A stretch of 64,000 bases of DNA from Utricularia gibba (Eukaryota > Plantae > Magnoliophyta): contig CM007989.1 of the NCBI GenBank assembly GCA_002189035.1, positions 3,162,001-3,226,000 of the forward strand, in the 5' to 3' direction. Position numbers and translations under genes: made by a program. How positions within the stretch are numbered: position 1 is the first letter of the stretch; each line of letters begins with the position of its first letter. Below the pieces are notes generated by a model. That model was not told the origin of the DNA. It worked only from the letters and a program-made list of their open reading frames with translations, and made no database searches. Shown here one piece after another: positions 36,573-48,703 of this stretch.

Positions 36573-39500
36573 AAATTACAAATTATTAGTATTTGATTAA
36601 GTCTAATTGTTTCTTATATACCAATCCATCAAATTCTTAATTTCAACACATAACCGGAACCGTCTGCTGATGCTCCCAACTTGGGTTATGTATGTGTGGT
36701 GCGGGACATACGAGTGCGCATGATGCATGTAGAGAGGTAGAGAGGATGCGTGGATCGAAGCGCTAGTGGGAGGGAATTCATGGAATCATAAAGCTACCAT
36801 ACCAATAATAATAAGGTGTAGCTGTAGGTATAAGCCATGCAATGCAATGAATTCATTGGGTGGCTGGTCCTTGTACTTGTCCCTATTAACACAAACCACT
36901 GTTCATTCACCCCGCTCACTCTTAATGTCATTTATTGTTCGCTTAAAAGAGTTTAATCATTAGATGAATGATTTTACATTCAAATTGTAATAAAACAAAA
37001 ATCAATACCCTCACAGAAATATTATTCTTTGGAAGTGATTTTCAAATTGTTAGGAATTTGGAATGAAGTACCAGATGTTTAAATAAAAATATTATCCTAA
37101 TTTTATACGATTTTTTTTCGGAATATGAAACATAAAATCATGAATTTTTTATGATCAAAACGAATAATATTATATAAAAATAACATGAGTTCATATTTTT
37201 TTTATTTTGAATAATTAAATTCATATAAATCAGACCTAAACACATGAATTTGATATTAAATTCTATTATATTGAACATTTTCTTTAAAACCTTATTACAT
37301 TATATTTTATTATGATAAATTAAAAAGGCAAGTTGATAAGTGCTACTAGTGTGCATCTTCCTTAGAAATTGTTTTTTGAAAGTATAAATTGTTTCAAAAT
37401 AAATCTTTCTATTTTTTTGATTTTTTATTATAATATATAGATATAATTTTTAATGTGAGGATGAATACGTATTTAGATGATGAGATGTTGACAAGGCATA
37501 GGCCCCGGCTTTGTCCCAAAGGTTACGAGGCCAGTGGCTCCCGGTGACCAATCTACAAAGCGTGCACTTTAGTCACTCCTCTACAAATCTTTTTTTTTTT
37601 TTAATTTATAGTATTTACTTATATTGAAATTAAGAATCTATATAAACACGCATATAAAACCTAAATATACAAAAAATGTGAATTATATTTGAAATGATTA
37701 AGCCTAATTAAATTAGTGATTATTTAGTCTAGTAATTTAAATGTGCTCTACTTGGTGGTGACCGCATTGAAGAAGCATGGAATCAAGATCCTCATCTACT
37801 GCAAAATCCGATTCCAAGTAGCAGACACAAGCCCTAGATTCTTATTCAGATTCTTCCCCTTGAGTAGCAGACTAAATCCAAGTACCAACATATGATTTAC
37901 AGCGAGTTAAGATGTGTGCCCAATTATGCTGCGACTCGTGACAGCATCATAATGGACTCTTGTTGCCTTGACACGGGGACTCGGGAACCCCGAACCCGGT
38001 TCGAGGGACTGAGTCCAATTCATTCATTCATTCCTTCTTCTTTCTGGTAGTAAAAAGGTAATAATAGGACACGGCAGGGAAGGAGGGAGAGGGGAGACAC
38101 GGACACACATTCTTGTCGGCACGAGGACAAGGAGCAGCTGAATTGCGTAGCCTCAGAGTCTCAAAAGCTCTCTCACCCCCATTCATTCATTCATTTCGAC
38201 TGGGGCTCGGACAAGCCACCTAATGACCTAAACCAACATTTCCCTCATTTCTTTTTTCCTCTGTGATCATTATTCCCGACCAACAAAGCAAGATTAGTTA
38301 CACCAAAGAATAATGTTTTTCCAAGGCGCAGCATGTGCTTCCTTGGACACATGCCCAATAAAATATTTTATCTGTAGGCGGTAGGAGACCCCAATTGGAG
38401 TCGAAATGATTATCACCGGAACCCGAAGCAACCCCGGAGGCCCGGCCGGGAACAGCGACGTGGGGAGTGTACAATGTACAGTGAACACTGCTGCTGCACT
38501 TTGACCCTCTGGTGCAGCAGAGGGAGCTCGTGGGAGAAGAGGGTCTCACCACGAACGACTTCAAAGCGCAGAGTGGATGGATGGATGGATGGAAGTGCAC
38601 ATCCTTTTCTCACAGTTTTCTACATGTTGGGATGAAGTCCCCATACCAAAGCAACAAACAATCATTGCATTCCACATATTGCTTTGAATTTGGAGGTCAC
38701 GTCGCGATTCCCATTCAATATTTGTGAAAAAAATCGTCCCCGCCGGCCCTCGAATCGCTTTTCATTTTTTTTTTATCGTCATCTGTGGTCCAGGGAGACT
38801 ATTTGTCCATGTATTTAATTTTTTTTTTTTTTTTGATAGATGAGCTGAGGATGAACACTATTGGGAAGTGGGACCCGCGTGTACGGAAGAGAGTATTGGG
38901 TTGGAAAAGACAAAAGAGCCCCCTTATGATCCTTTTTGATCGTATATTATATGATTTGGGAATTTAGGTTTTTGTTGGGATTATTTAATTTTTTTGTGTG
39001 GAATGGGGTGGGGTTGTGGGGTTTTTTTACCCATAGAATTAATTATGAGTTGTGTTGGTAAATAGGGAGGAGTTGAATAAATAATGGTAATAATTGGGGG
39101 GTAGGAGGGGGGGGGGGGGGCACATGCATATGCATGAATATGAATGTGGTCCGCGTCGCAGATGATTTATTCCACAAAGAATCAAAACTATTTCCCGTCC
39201 TTCCGTACCTCTGACGTTGACTGCGGGCCCACCCTAGTCTACCCCTCTGCCTGCACCTACCCAACAAAACAATCATACCATCCATCCATCACACTTTTTT
39301 TTTTTTTACATCGAATACATAAATAATTAGAGGCTGAGGCATCCCTTTCCTCATTTTCACCATCCCATCCCGGAGAAGCTAACACTTAACAGTTTCGTAT
39401 TGTATTCCGGTGGATGCTCAGGCGGCGGCGGCGGAGGAGGTGTGCCTCCCAGCATGATGCTGCTGTTATATAAAGCGTGGTGAGATAGGACAAAAGGGAT

Positions 39501-39687
39501 TGGAGGGATGGGGATGACAGTAATGGATGGTAAGGGAAGGGAAGGGGAAGGGGGGTGTGGGCGAAATACAATAAATGGGGGCATACCGAAATTGATGTCA
39601 CGCACTTGATTACAAGGGAATATAAACCCCAGCGAGCAGGGGAGGGCAGGGCAGGGCAGGGGGCTTTAAAAATTGGCTGGACTTGGG

Positions 39688-39708
39688 GCTGCTGCTGCTG
39701 CTGCTGCT
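39688..39708. repeat. (GCT)7 microsatellite
   Basis: Direct read of the sequence. Confidence 0.9.
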
Positions 39709-40437
39709 GGCCCTGGGCTGCCCCCACTTCCCCCAACTCAGTCACTCTTCCACTGATCAATGGATGGATGGGTGGATGTGCTCCTCGAAGATCGCGGAGC
39801 ACCAAATCGCCTTATTTATAATTCCTGCCCCCTCTCTTCAATTTTCAAACCTAAACACAGCTCTCCATAAATTTCACCACATTTCGACACATTGTTTTCG
39901 TTCTTGAATCCCTTCCAAAGTTATATTTTTGACGATGCCTCAGGCAGAAGATGTCTGTCTGTCTTGTGTGTTGTACTTGTGTATCATGCATGCATGGCAT
40001 GGCATGGCAGATCTATCAGCCAAAACGCTTCTTGGGCCTCAGCATAAAACGCCCAGCCCGGCCCAGCCCAGAAGTAGGCTTTCTCTACTTGGGTGTTTGT
40101 ACAGTTCAAAACAAGATACCCAAAAAGATGGCGAGTACAAGTCCCTTAACGATGTTGGGTCAGGTCGGGCCGGGCGATGATTGCGTTTGCACATTATTAT
40201 CAATCCAGACCGGCAAAAGGGTGGGTGCTTCTTGGAAATATAGTACATACAGCATAGTGCATCATTATTATGCAACTCGAAGGAAAATCTGGTGAAGTTG
40301 TGCAACCAGCAACACAGTCGAAAAGGGTAGCAAATTAGCCTCGGAAAACATAACCAACCAGCAAGGGCGAGCAAATGACAGAATCCAAGGGAGCTTCGGC
40401 ATCATGAGGAGGAGCAAAACCAGTGTTACTGCTTGAC

Positions 40438-42998
40438 TTACACGTTGGGCGGCGGCCAGATCTTTCCGAATAGTTCCTCCAGCCGCTTCGACTGACTCGC
40501 GTATCCATCCAATCCGGTGCTTAGAAGAGTGACTGATGCAGGTCCCATACCTGATGCAAAGCTATATTGATCCCATTTCGCCACCTGCATTTGATATCAG
40601 CTTAAGAGTGGTTGCCAGTGTTTTTCTTGTCGTCGCACCCATGCAACCTCTGCATATTACGAAGAAATATTTCGACAAAAGCAAACCTCTTCGTTGCTGA
40701 AATTGTAGGACGCAGCAGTTTCTGGAGACAATCTCCTCACGAGGGAATACTTCTCATCAGGTGGTGTCACTGAATCCTTTAGAGATTGAAGTATTTTCAA
40801 TGGAGAGATGATATAATCCACTCTGTTCAGAGGGAGAAAATAATTAATGATAATCATCAAGGACACTGCATGCCTTGCAAAGTAATTACCCTAGAAGACC
40901 AAATATGTCCTGTTTGTTACGAACTGCTGCAGCCATCAATTTCGATTTGTATCCATACTTGTGAATGTAGTTGTAGGCTTTTGTCACCTGAAACAGGAAA
41001 TTTTTTATCTGAAGCACAGCAAAGGGGAAGAAAGCAGCATGATGCGCAGAGCTTATTGTACCGACCAAGGCCAATCCAGGATCTTCTCCCCTTCTAAGAG
41101 CTTCCTCTACTTCACGATCACCAGTATGGCTGCGTGCCCAGTCCTAATACATTGAACAGCTCGCCTATATCAATCATATGCAAAACAATACCTCGTGATA
41201 CCCTCATTAATCGAAAGAAGTTTCTACCCTCAGGCGACCAACAAAAATTTGAATGACAGATGCGCCAGCTTGAGCTGCTGCAGCGGCTTGGCAGAAACTG
41301 TTTGTCATAACCAAGCATTAAAACTCGAAAATATCGGAAGCAATGAACAGGGACACAAGGAAGACCAACAAACACAACAGAAGATATTACACTAAGGGAG
41401 AAAATAAAAAGAAAAATCTTGATTCCAAGGAATTGAAGTCGTATACAAAAACAGAGTATGAAGTGTGGCATTTTCTGTTGAAGATGATTGATATTCAGTG
41501 AGGAACAAGGGAAACATTTTCTGTGGCAACAAGACATGTATCAGCACCTGTACACGAAAGTCATATGGGTCTGTATGCCCTCGGATTCCAGCAGTCGAGA
41601 AGCTTCAATTCCCTAAAACATTAGAACCAATGGAGCCAAGCGAACATAACTGTGAGAGTCCATGTCAAGAATACAGATAAATTTATCAAAGAAAAAAAGA
41701 ATGTGTATGCATGCATGCAGCCTTACTTGCCAGGTCGCAGGAATTTTAAATAACAGACGTTCTGGAGGCACATCAATCTTCTGATACAAGTGCAACAGAT
41801 CATGAACCTGAAAATCAAGAATTGGCAGCCAATACATGTGATGCCATTGATATATGGTGGATAGAAACCACAATCAAAAAGCCCGAAATTCTTGGTCTTA
41901 CCTTGTGAACAATGCTGTGTGTATCATAGGCAAGACGAGCATCTACTTCAGTAGAAACACGACCAGGGACAAGCCTTGCCAGATCAGCACCAACATTTAC
42001 CAAAGCCTATTATTTTTAATCCAATGGAATGAGCAAGAGTTATCACTCGGTCTCAAACAGAAGACATCATTCGGAGTTCAAAACTCGAAACCATACCTTG
42101 TTGATGAAACAAGACATCCGGTCATCGGGGTTTTCAATAGTGAAGCATAGCGAGTCAGCCAATGCGGTATCCACAGCGCTCTGTACGATGTGAAACATAA
42201 TTCACACACAACCAACAATTTCTCGACAGCCATATCAAGTAAAGCTAATTGTCAACGTACGCAACACAAGCAATGATGCTGTCCAAGTTGCAACGTAAAA
42301 AACCAATCCAAAGCATTCATGAATGACAAAACCCCAAGACTCAGCAAAGGAAACAAACGTACAAAAAAAGGATAAACTTTCATTCATTACCCTGAATTTA
42401 GTATCAGGAAGACTGCAAATGCCCAAGAGAAGGGACGAGCTAACAGTGGCAGCAGTAGGAGGGAATCTGAAACATTACAAGAATCGCAAGTGCATGTAAA
42501 ACTCTTCAAAATTCAAAACCACTGTGTTCTCACTAAGAGAAAAATCTAACCTCTCAAAGTCATCAAAAATAACAGTATCCGGAACGATCTCGCTGTAAGC
42601 AGCTACTGAATCCAGTTCAGTGCTGAAGTCTTACCAATACAAGGAACGAGCACCATCATTAAGATCCAAACTCAACACGTAAGCAGCAAAATATCATCCA
42701 ATCTCAGATCCAAATGATCACAAAGTGTACCAGCATCAATAGACGTAAAAGAGTCGGTGGCTGTTCTAACCAACGAGACGAGCTTCCGGGGTTTGTACAG
42801 GAGATTCGAGTTCAGCCCACGAACCGAAACGCGGAAGACATTCGTCCCCTGAACCATACCAGCGCATTCCCAGAATCAAATGGGCAGATGGTTAAAGTTC
42901 CCAGAACCCACAAATAGCGCGAAATCCGCAGATTTTACCTGCTGGGAGAAAGACTGGACAAGAGCAGGAGATAGCGGAGAACCCAATGTAGCAGACAT
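40438..42998 (-). CDS. Plastid transaldolase-family protein (At1g12230-like), multi-exon
   Basis: Transit-like [25 protein letters not shown]; [36 protein letters not shown]; [15 protein letters not shown]; C-terminal [16 protein letters not shown]. Confidence 0.92.
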
Positions 42999-43464
42999 TC
43001 CTATTCTGCAAACCTCCCAAGTGCTGGACACATTTTATTTCACAAGCCTTCGCTCCTCCGGAGTTGCGCACATTACACTGACTATTTATCTATTTACAAA
43101 AGAGACCCAAACGTTTTATCTATTTACAAAACAGACCCTGTGCCGGTGTACTCCCTTTGTTGGGCCCCCCACAACCTGGGCTTGGGCTACCACTTTGTAT
43201 TCCCATCTCTAAGCCCTAATTCCGGCCTCTCGTGGCCACTCATTCCGATATTGTTGTAAATATCATTACAGCAACGTGGCAACGTGCATAATTAAATGTC
43301 CACGTGGCACGTGAAATATCCACCCGATTAAAGAAAATCGATTTAATTGTTGAGCGCAATTATTGTTAGTATTTAGTATCGCATCCGTCGGCTTTAATTC
43401 CTCTAGAATTTAATTACTCTATTAACTTATATATAATTAATTACTCGGCAGTAGATGAATTTCT

Positions 43465-44244
43465 TTACAGATTGTAAATAATAAGAAAACATGGCAGCAC
43501 GGCGCGTGAATCGAACACAACCAGTTCACCGCCGTTCCCGCACGCCGACTCATACCCGCCGCCGTCGTGGTCCGTTCCTTCAAATACCCGACCCGAAATT
43601 ACCCTGCACACCATCATCGCTCGCCGCCCCATCCCACCGCCGGATCTACTATGCGCCGCACCGCTCCCGGCGTACGTGGACACGACCGACCCTTTGGGCC
43701 ACGCGCTTCGTCCAACATCACACGCGCCGGCACCAGCCGTGGCGCCAAGGCAGTAGAACCTCATCACCTCGTTGCCGTCGGCGACGCAGCGCCCGTCCGC
43801 CGCTCCACTTGACCGCGCCCATGACTTCACCATCTCCCTGTACTCCTCGAACCGATTGACGGTCCTGTTCGGATTCTGGACCTTGAAAACCAATTCGATT
43901 TGACCACCGAAACCCTTCTGCCCCCAACTCGTGTGAAAAATAATCTCCACCACATTACGCGACGGGTGCCCAATAGGGAGCTCCGTCAGGGCCGGGAAAA
44001 TCGAATCTCCGACGGGTTTACAGGCGAGCAACCGGAGCGACCCGGGCTCGTTCCAAGTTGCAGAAGCCGGCGCCGAATGTGTGTTTTTCGGGGGTTTTCT
44101 TCTTCCAGGCTCGACGACGTCGATGATGCTCTGAACCTTGTTCTTGCAGCTGGACGAGCGGGAGAATGGACGGTGGTTGTTGGAAACGACGTCGTCCGCC
44201 GCCGTGGACTTGCATTGCAGGGATTTCATCCACCTCGCCGCCAT
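43465..44244 (-). CDS. Uncharacterised PARP/ADP-ribosyltransferase-like fold protein (At4g22560/At1g75710 family), intronless, 259 aa
   Basis: LTELPIGHPSRNVVEIIFHTSW, VFKVQNPNRTVNRFEEYREMVK, RCVADGNEVMRFYC, RRAMMVCRVISGRV, ELVVFDSRAVLPCFLIIY. Confidence 0.85.
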   Translation of the reverse strand: MAARWMKSLQCKSTAADDVVSNNHRPFSRSSSCKNKVQSIIDVVEPGRRKPPKNTHSAPASATWNEPGSLRLLACKPVGDSIFPALTELPIGHPSRNVVEIIFHTSWGQKGFGGQIELVFKVQNPNRTVNRFEEYREMVKSWARSSGAADGRCVADGNEVMRFYCLGATAGAGACDVGRSAWPKGSVVSTYAGSGAAHSRSGGGMGRRAMMVCRVISGRVFEGTDHDGGGYESACGNGGELVVFDSRAVLPCFLIIYNL

Positions 44245-45325
44245 TTTTTCACAAGCGAAGAAGAAGTGATGCTTCCGCTCGTTCGTTCGTTCAGGAAGAG
44301 TACATTTGGGAGAACAGAGAGCGCATACGCACCGTGCGTGCCACTGGGGAGAGCTGCTGTCAGGAGCACCCAAGGTAAGTAAATAAAGGAAGACGGAGAG
44401 TGGGTACTACGCGATCGTGAAGTTACAGAAATACCCCCAAAGAATTGCCTACATCAAATCTCCGCCTAGGGACCTGGGAGGGAGAAAATAGAAATGGGGA
44501 GGGTGGTGCTAGGCCTAGGGGCGGCATATTTCCCTACGTTTCCATCATTTATAATAATTGTTTTATTAATAAATAATATTCAACAATAATGATGACACGG
44601 CTTCCAGTGTGTCACCGAAAAGTCCCAATTACAGTGATTTATCTGATATAATATAAGTTGAAATTAGTTTCATTTCTCAGAAATCATTTTCTAAATCAGA
44701 CATCGTTTATATTTCATAATAAAATATAAATTTTTCAAAAGTAAAATTGGTTTCAAATAAACTCAATTGCTCTACATATAAGTTTCAAATATTATATGAA
44801 AAAAGGTATCATTAACAATATAAACTTTTTAAATTAGTATATATTAGAGATTGTACAAATAATCATTTTTTTTTTGTAAAGGAAGTTAGGATGTGGACAG
44901 GCTCAAGTTGCAGGCTTCACCTGGAGTGTGAGTGAATCATCCAGACGAGAGAGAGAGGCAAACAAAATTGAGATGACGATTAGGGAAGGGGGGAGGGGGG
45001 CAAGTGGGGGTGGCGGTGGATTTGGCCCCCAGAGCACAGGTCATGGATTTGGATAGCTAACCGGTAACCAGAGCAACCAAAAGCCACACCCACACCCACA
45101 CCCGGACACAGTTGCAGGCAGCAGAGGTGAATTGGTCCCCAACCCAATAGTATGTATGTATTCCAGCTAATGGGCTGAGGCGGGGGCGGGGAGGGACAAA
45201 CATGTCATTGCAGATGGACATCAACCTGACCTGACGGGTCTCCGCAACAGTAAGTACTCCCTCCCTCCTCCCAGAGCGACGCTGCCTGCCTGCCTGCGTA
45301 CTTGTTGTGTCCTCTTCCTTTGTCA

Positions 45326-45347
45326 TGTGTGTGTGTGTGTGTGTGTG
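45326..45347. repeat. (TG)11 microsatellite
   Basis: Direct read of the sequence. Confidence 0.9.
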
Positions 45348-45550
45348 CGCGCCATGCCTGTGCAGTATCAGGGCAGGTATCCCACCACCCTGGAATCAAC
45401 GGGGTTTAATAGGAGATTAGAGATAACTTTATATTAATTAGCACACGTTGGTAATCATACGTTATGGGTACACAGTTTGAAATTTAGTATTATTCATTAT
45501 ATATCCATATAAATTTATCTTTTAAGATTCTATTCACACTCAAACATATA

Positions 45551-45805
45551 GAGTGTGTTTGGTTGTTTGATATAAAGTAGGTATAAGTGGGTTGATAAAA
45601 AATAACTCTGTTTAGTATCTTATTAAATATTTAACTAGTTTTTATACCAAAACCTACATATAATCTTTTATAAACCTAAATTTGTGGGTATTTTTTTAAA
45701 CCCACTAATTATATGGATTTTGAAAATATCCATCTATATCCAAATAAATTTTACCCAAATTCTCCAAATTTAATCAACACATTTCCATCCAACCAATCCC
45801 ACCCC
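45551..45805. mobile_element. Degenerate Tourist/PIF-Harbinger-like MITE
   Basis: Left TIR GAGTGTGTTTGGTTG, imperfect right TIR CAACCAATCCCACCCC, AT-rich interior, ATA on both flanks. Confidence 0.5.
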
Positions 45806-48288
45806 ATATGTATTATAGTTAATTTCATAATGGTAAAGTACAATATCATGAGATAATTTTCTATATAATTATAATATATCTAATTTAAAAAAATTATTCC
45901 ATTTTACACAATATATTCTTATTTTTCGAATCATTTTATTTTTATATAAATTAAAATATTCTCCGTGCTGACTTCACTGGTAGCATTCAATCCCATCCTT
46001 ACATCTCTAACTTGAACCACACGACGAAGATTGCGGGGTGGGGTGCAGAACGCGCACATACCGACCACACCACACGGGAGGGGCAACACGAATATTTAAT
46101 AACCATGAGATACTGAATAATAATATTAATTAATAATAGACTGACCGAGTGACCGGATACGACCACCCCCATAATTCATTGCAATGCCTCGCCCACCCTT
46201 TTTATGGCGCAATAATAGTGACTTCATTTGCCAAACTTAGGTTTCAAATTCAAACCCCAACACCATGACCATAAGATATTGATGAAAATGTCACATCATC
46301 TATCTATAGCCCTAGGTAAAGATCATGGTATTTGAAAATGTATAGTATTAATGTCCTACTGATATATGTAATCAAATAAAAACTTATTAATTTCAAGTAA
46401 CAGATTGGACATGTTTTGATTTCATAATTTAAAACATGATTATGTTCTATTTTTGAAAATTATAATTTTTAACCAATTTATAATGAAATCAGAAATTTAG
46501 ATTTTTGTGATTAACTTTATAAATTACTAAATTTATTAAGTTTATCTTTTAATAATTAAATAAGATATTAAATAAAAATTTTCGAAAAAATATATTTATA
46601 TAATAATTAAATTATACAATAATTTAATATATTAAACTTCATCACATTTATTTTATTTTATTAAATTTATATTATAATTTTATTTTACTGTATAAAACAA
46701 TTTTACAATCTCAAATTCATTTTATAAACTAAAGTATAACTTTAAATCACAGTCCCATAAAAAAAGAAAAAATTAAATCACTAGAACAAACATTAACTTC
46801 TCTTATTTGTGCGAAAAAAAAAACTTGTTTATTAATTAATTACAGGGAAAACACAAGATGACGTGGATAGCACACGCGACATGTAACCGTACAGACAGGC
46901 AGCGGGGGACCTGCTTAGCGGTGCCAGCGCCGCAACGGATCGGATCGGGGAGAAATGACCACCGGGGTTGCGCTAGAGGCAGCTGGCTGGCTGCCACCGA
47001 AGATTTTTGCGAATCTTTTGCTGGATATATTATTTTTATTTTTTGAAAAATAAGGAAGTTAATTAAATATTTAGTGACGTGACAGACTGACATTATCTCA
47101 CCTAATCCAGAGATTAGTAAATGCGGAGGGATGGGTACGGAATGGGAGGATTTGAAAAATAGGGTTTTGAAATTTACTTTCAATCTATTGTGAGTACGAT
47201 ATTTTTTATAGATGAGTTTCCGTCCCTGCGGTTTCTGGTGATCCGATCTGATGTGCACGGGAGGAAACGCCGTCGGAGATGGAGACGAGGCAATTGAGGA
47301 GTCAAGAAGACTGGTGACTTTGGGCCTGGGGGACAATTCAGACAATTCTTGTAATGCCGTGCAGACAGAATTGACGTTGCATTGCACGGATTTCAACCTC
47401 GCCCAGAATATGCACAGCCATCGTCTTAATTTTTACGGTTGAATGTCTGCGGGGAATGGATTGCTCGATTGCCTCATAAATGTCCTTAATTTTGTTGGTA
47501 CTTTTTCGAATTCAAAGAAATACAAGACTCTCGAAGGGATGCTTTGTCATCGTTTCGGAGTGTCTTTGTCTGTGTGTTTACTGTAGATTACTGTTCAGTT
47601 CAGCCCAATGGCGCTTTGTCGTTATTGTCCTTCCAGGGACAGCGAAGCCAGCCCAAAACAACGTGCTACTGTTGATTGGGTCCTAACTCATGACATTGGA
47701 GCTCAAGACAAAGATTAACAGCCAAGTGCACGGATAGGCTGTTGCCCATAATCGAGAAAGGCGACAAATTTAGGCATCAAAGCCGAGTTGAATGAAAGGT
47801 TATTTCTTGGGTAAAGAACACGAATTGGCTTTCTCAACAATCCTTCAGGCTTTGGGTACGTATGCTTTGCGATCCATTTCATCTTTTTCTTTCTCTAGTT
47901 GATCCTTGATGAGAGCAACGCATAGGAATTGGGAACTCTGTTGACTTTGTATACACGAAAAGAATTATCCTTGAGTCGATCGCCTTGTTTGGTTTTGTCC
48001 CGTGAGACAGTATGGGTAAATGAGTTGGTGGATGCTGTAGTTTGCTTTCTAGTGATTAAGCTATAGGGTAGTGTTTGGATTGAATGTTAAGTTGACTATG
48101 CACTTCTTTGTACTGCATCCATATGATTTATGGTTCATATAAAGGCTGATTCGTTGTTTCTTTTTATTTGAATTCTTCAGTGTCCCCTTTAGGTAGTGAA
48201 AATTGAAACAGAGATTGTAGAGTCATGAAATGTCCTTGTGTGGGTGCAGATATATCTATGTTGCGTGAATCAAAACTTTGGGCTTACA

Positions 48289-48470
48289 GAGATCCCTTTT
48301 TTGGGTATTAAGTCAGATAAAGAACGAGAAGCTTGGACACAGACTCTGATTTCAGCGTAACTGTCTGAAAGGCTGAAGGAGCCTTTGCTCAAGGATGCTG
48401 TTGGCCATGGGCCTGAAGGTCTAGTGATAGTGCAGACAGTTTTTTTTTTTACATGGTTTGAGCAAAGATA
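48289..48470 (+). pseudogene. Decayed PH-domain/coiled-coil segment of the ORP2-like gene
   Basis: EIPFLGIKSDKEREAWTQTLISA*LSERLKEPLLKD resembles the end of the ORP PH domain (LHLRTxSxxDRxAWIxAL...STERLKKRLL, from memory) but has an in-frame TAA at 48358-48360. Confidence 0.5.
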
Positions 48471-48703
48471 GTACCAGTGGATTTGCTTAAGTGGTAACCA
48501 CGAGAATTTGATTTGGGAGACGTCTGTTTGGATCCTGGATCTGGCATTGTACAAGTGGAATACTTGGTGCCATAAGATGAGCGTTGTTTGTCCGTATAAG
48601 TTATAAACTAGCAGCGATCATGGTTTCTAGTTATGCATCTTGTTAGTTATACTTCTCTCTAGGATCCTTGTGGAGTTTCCTTGGCTTTACATATTTATCG
48701 CAG

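Noticed and set aside
36595-36975. Telomerase RNA candidate (AACCGGAACC template-like, GTCTGCT motif)
   Set aside because: No plant telomere template (CTAAACCCT-like) and no G-rich 5' end pairing with the 3' end; the resemblance is too weak.
37990-38010. tRNA/SINE B-box-like GGTTCGAG
   Set aside because: No A-box, cloverleaf or poly(A) tail.
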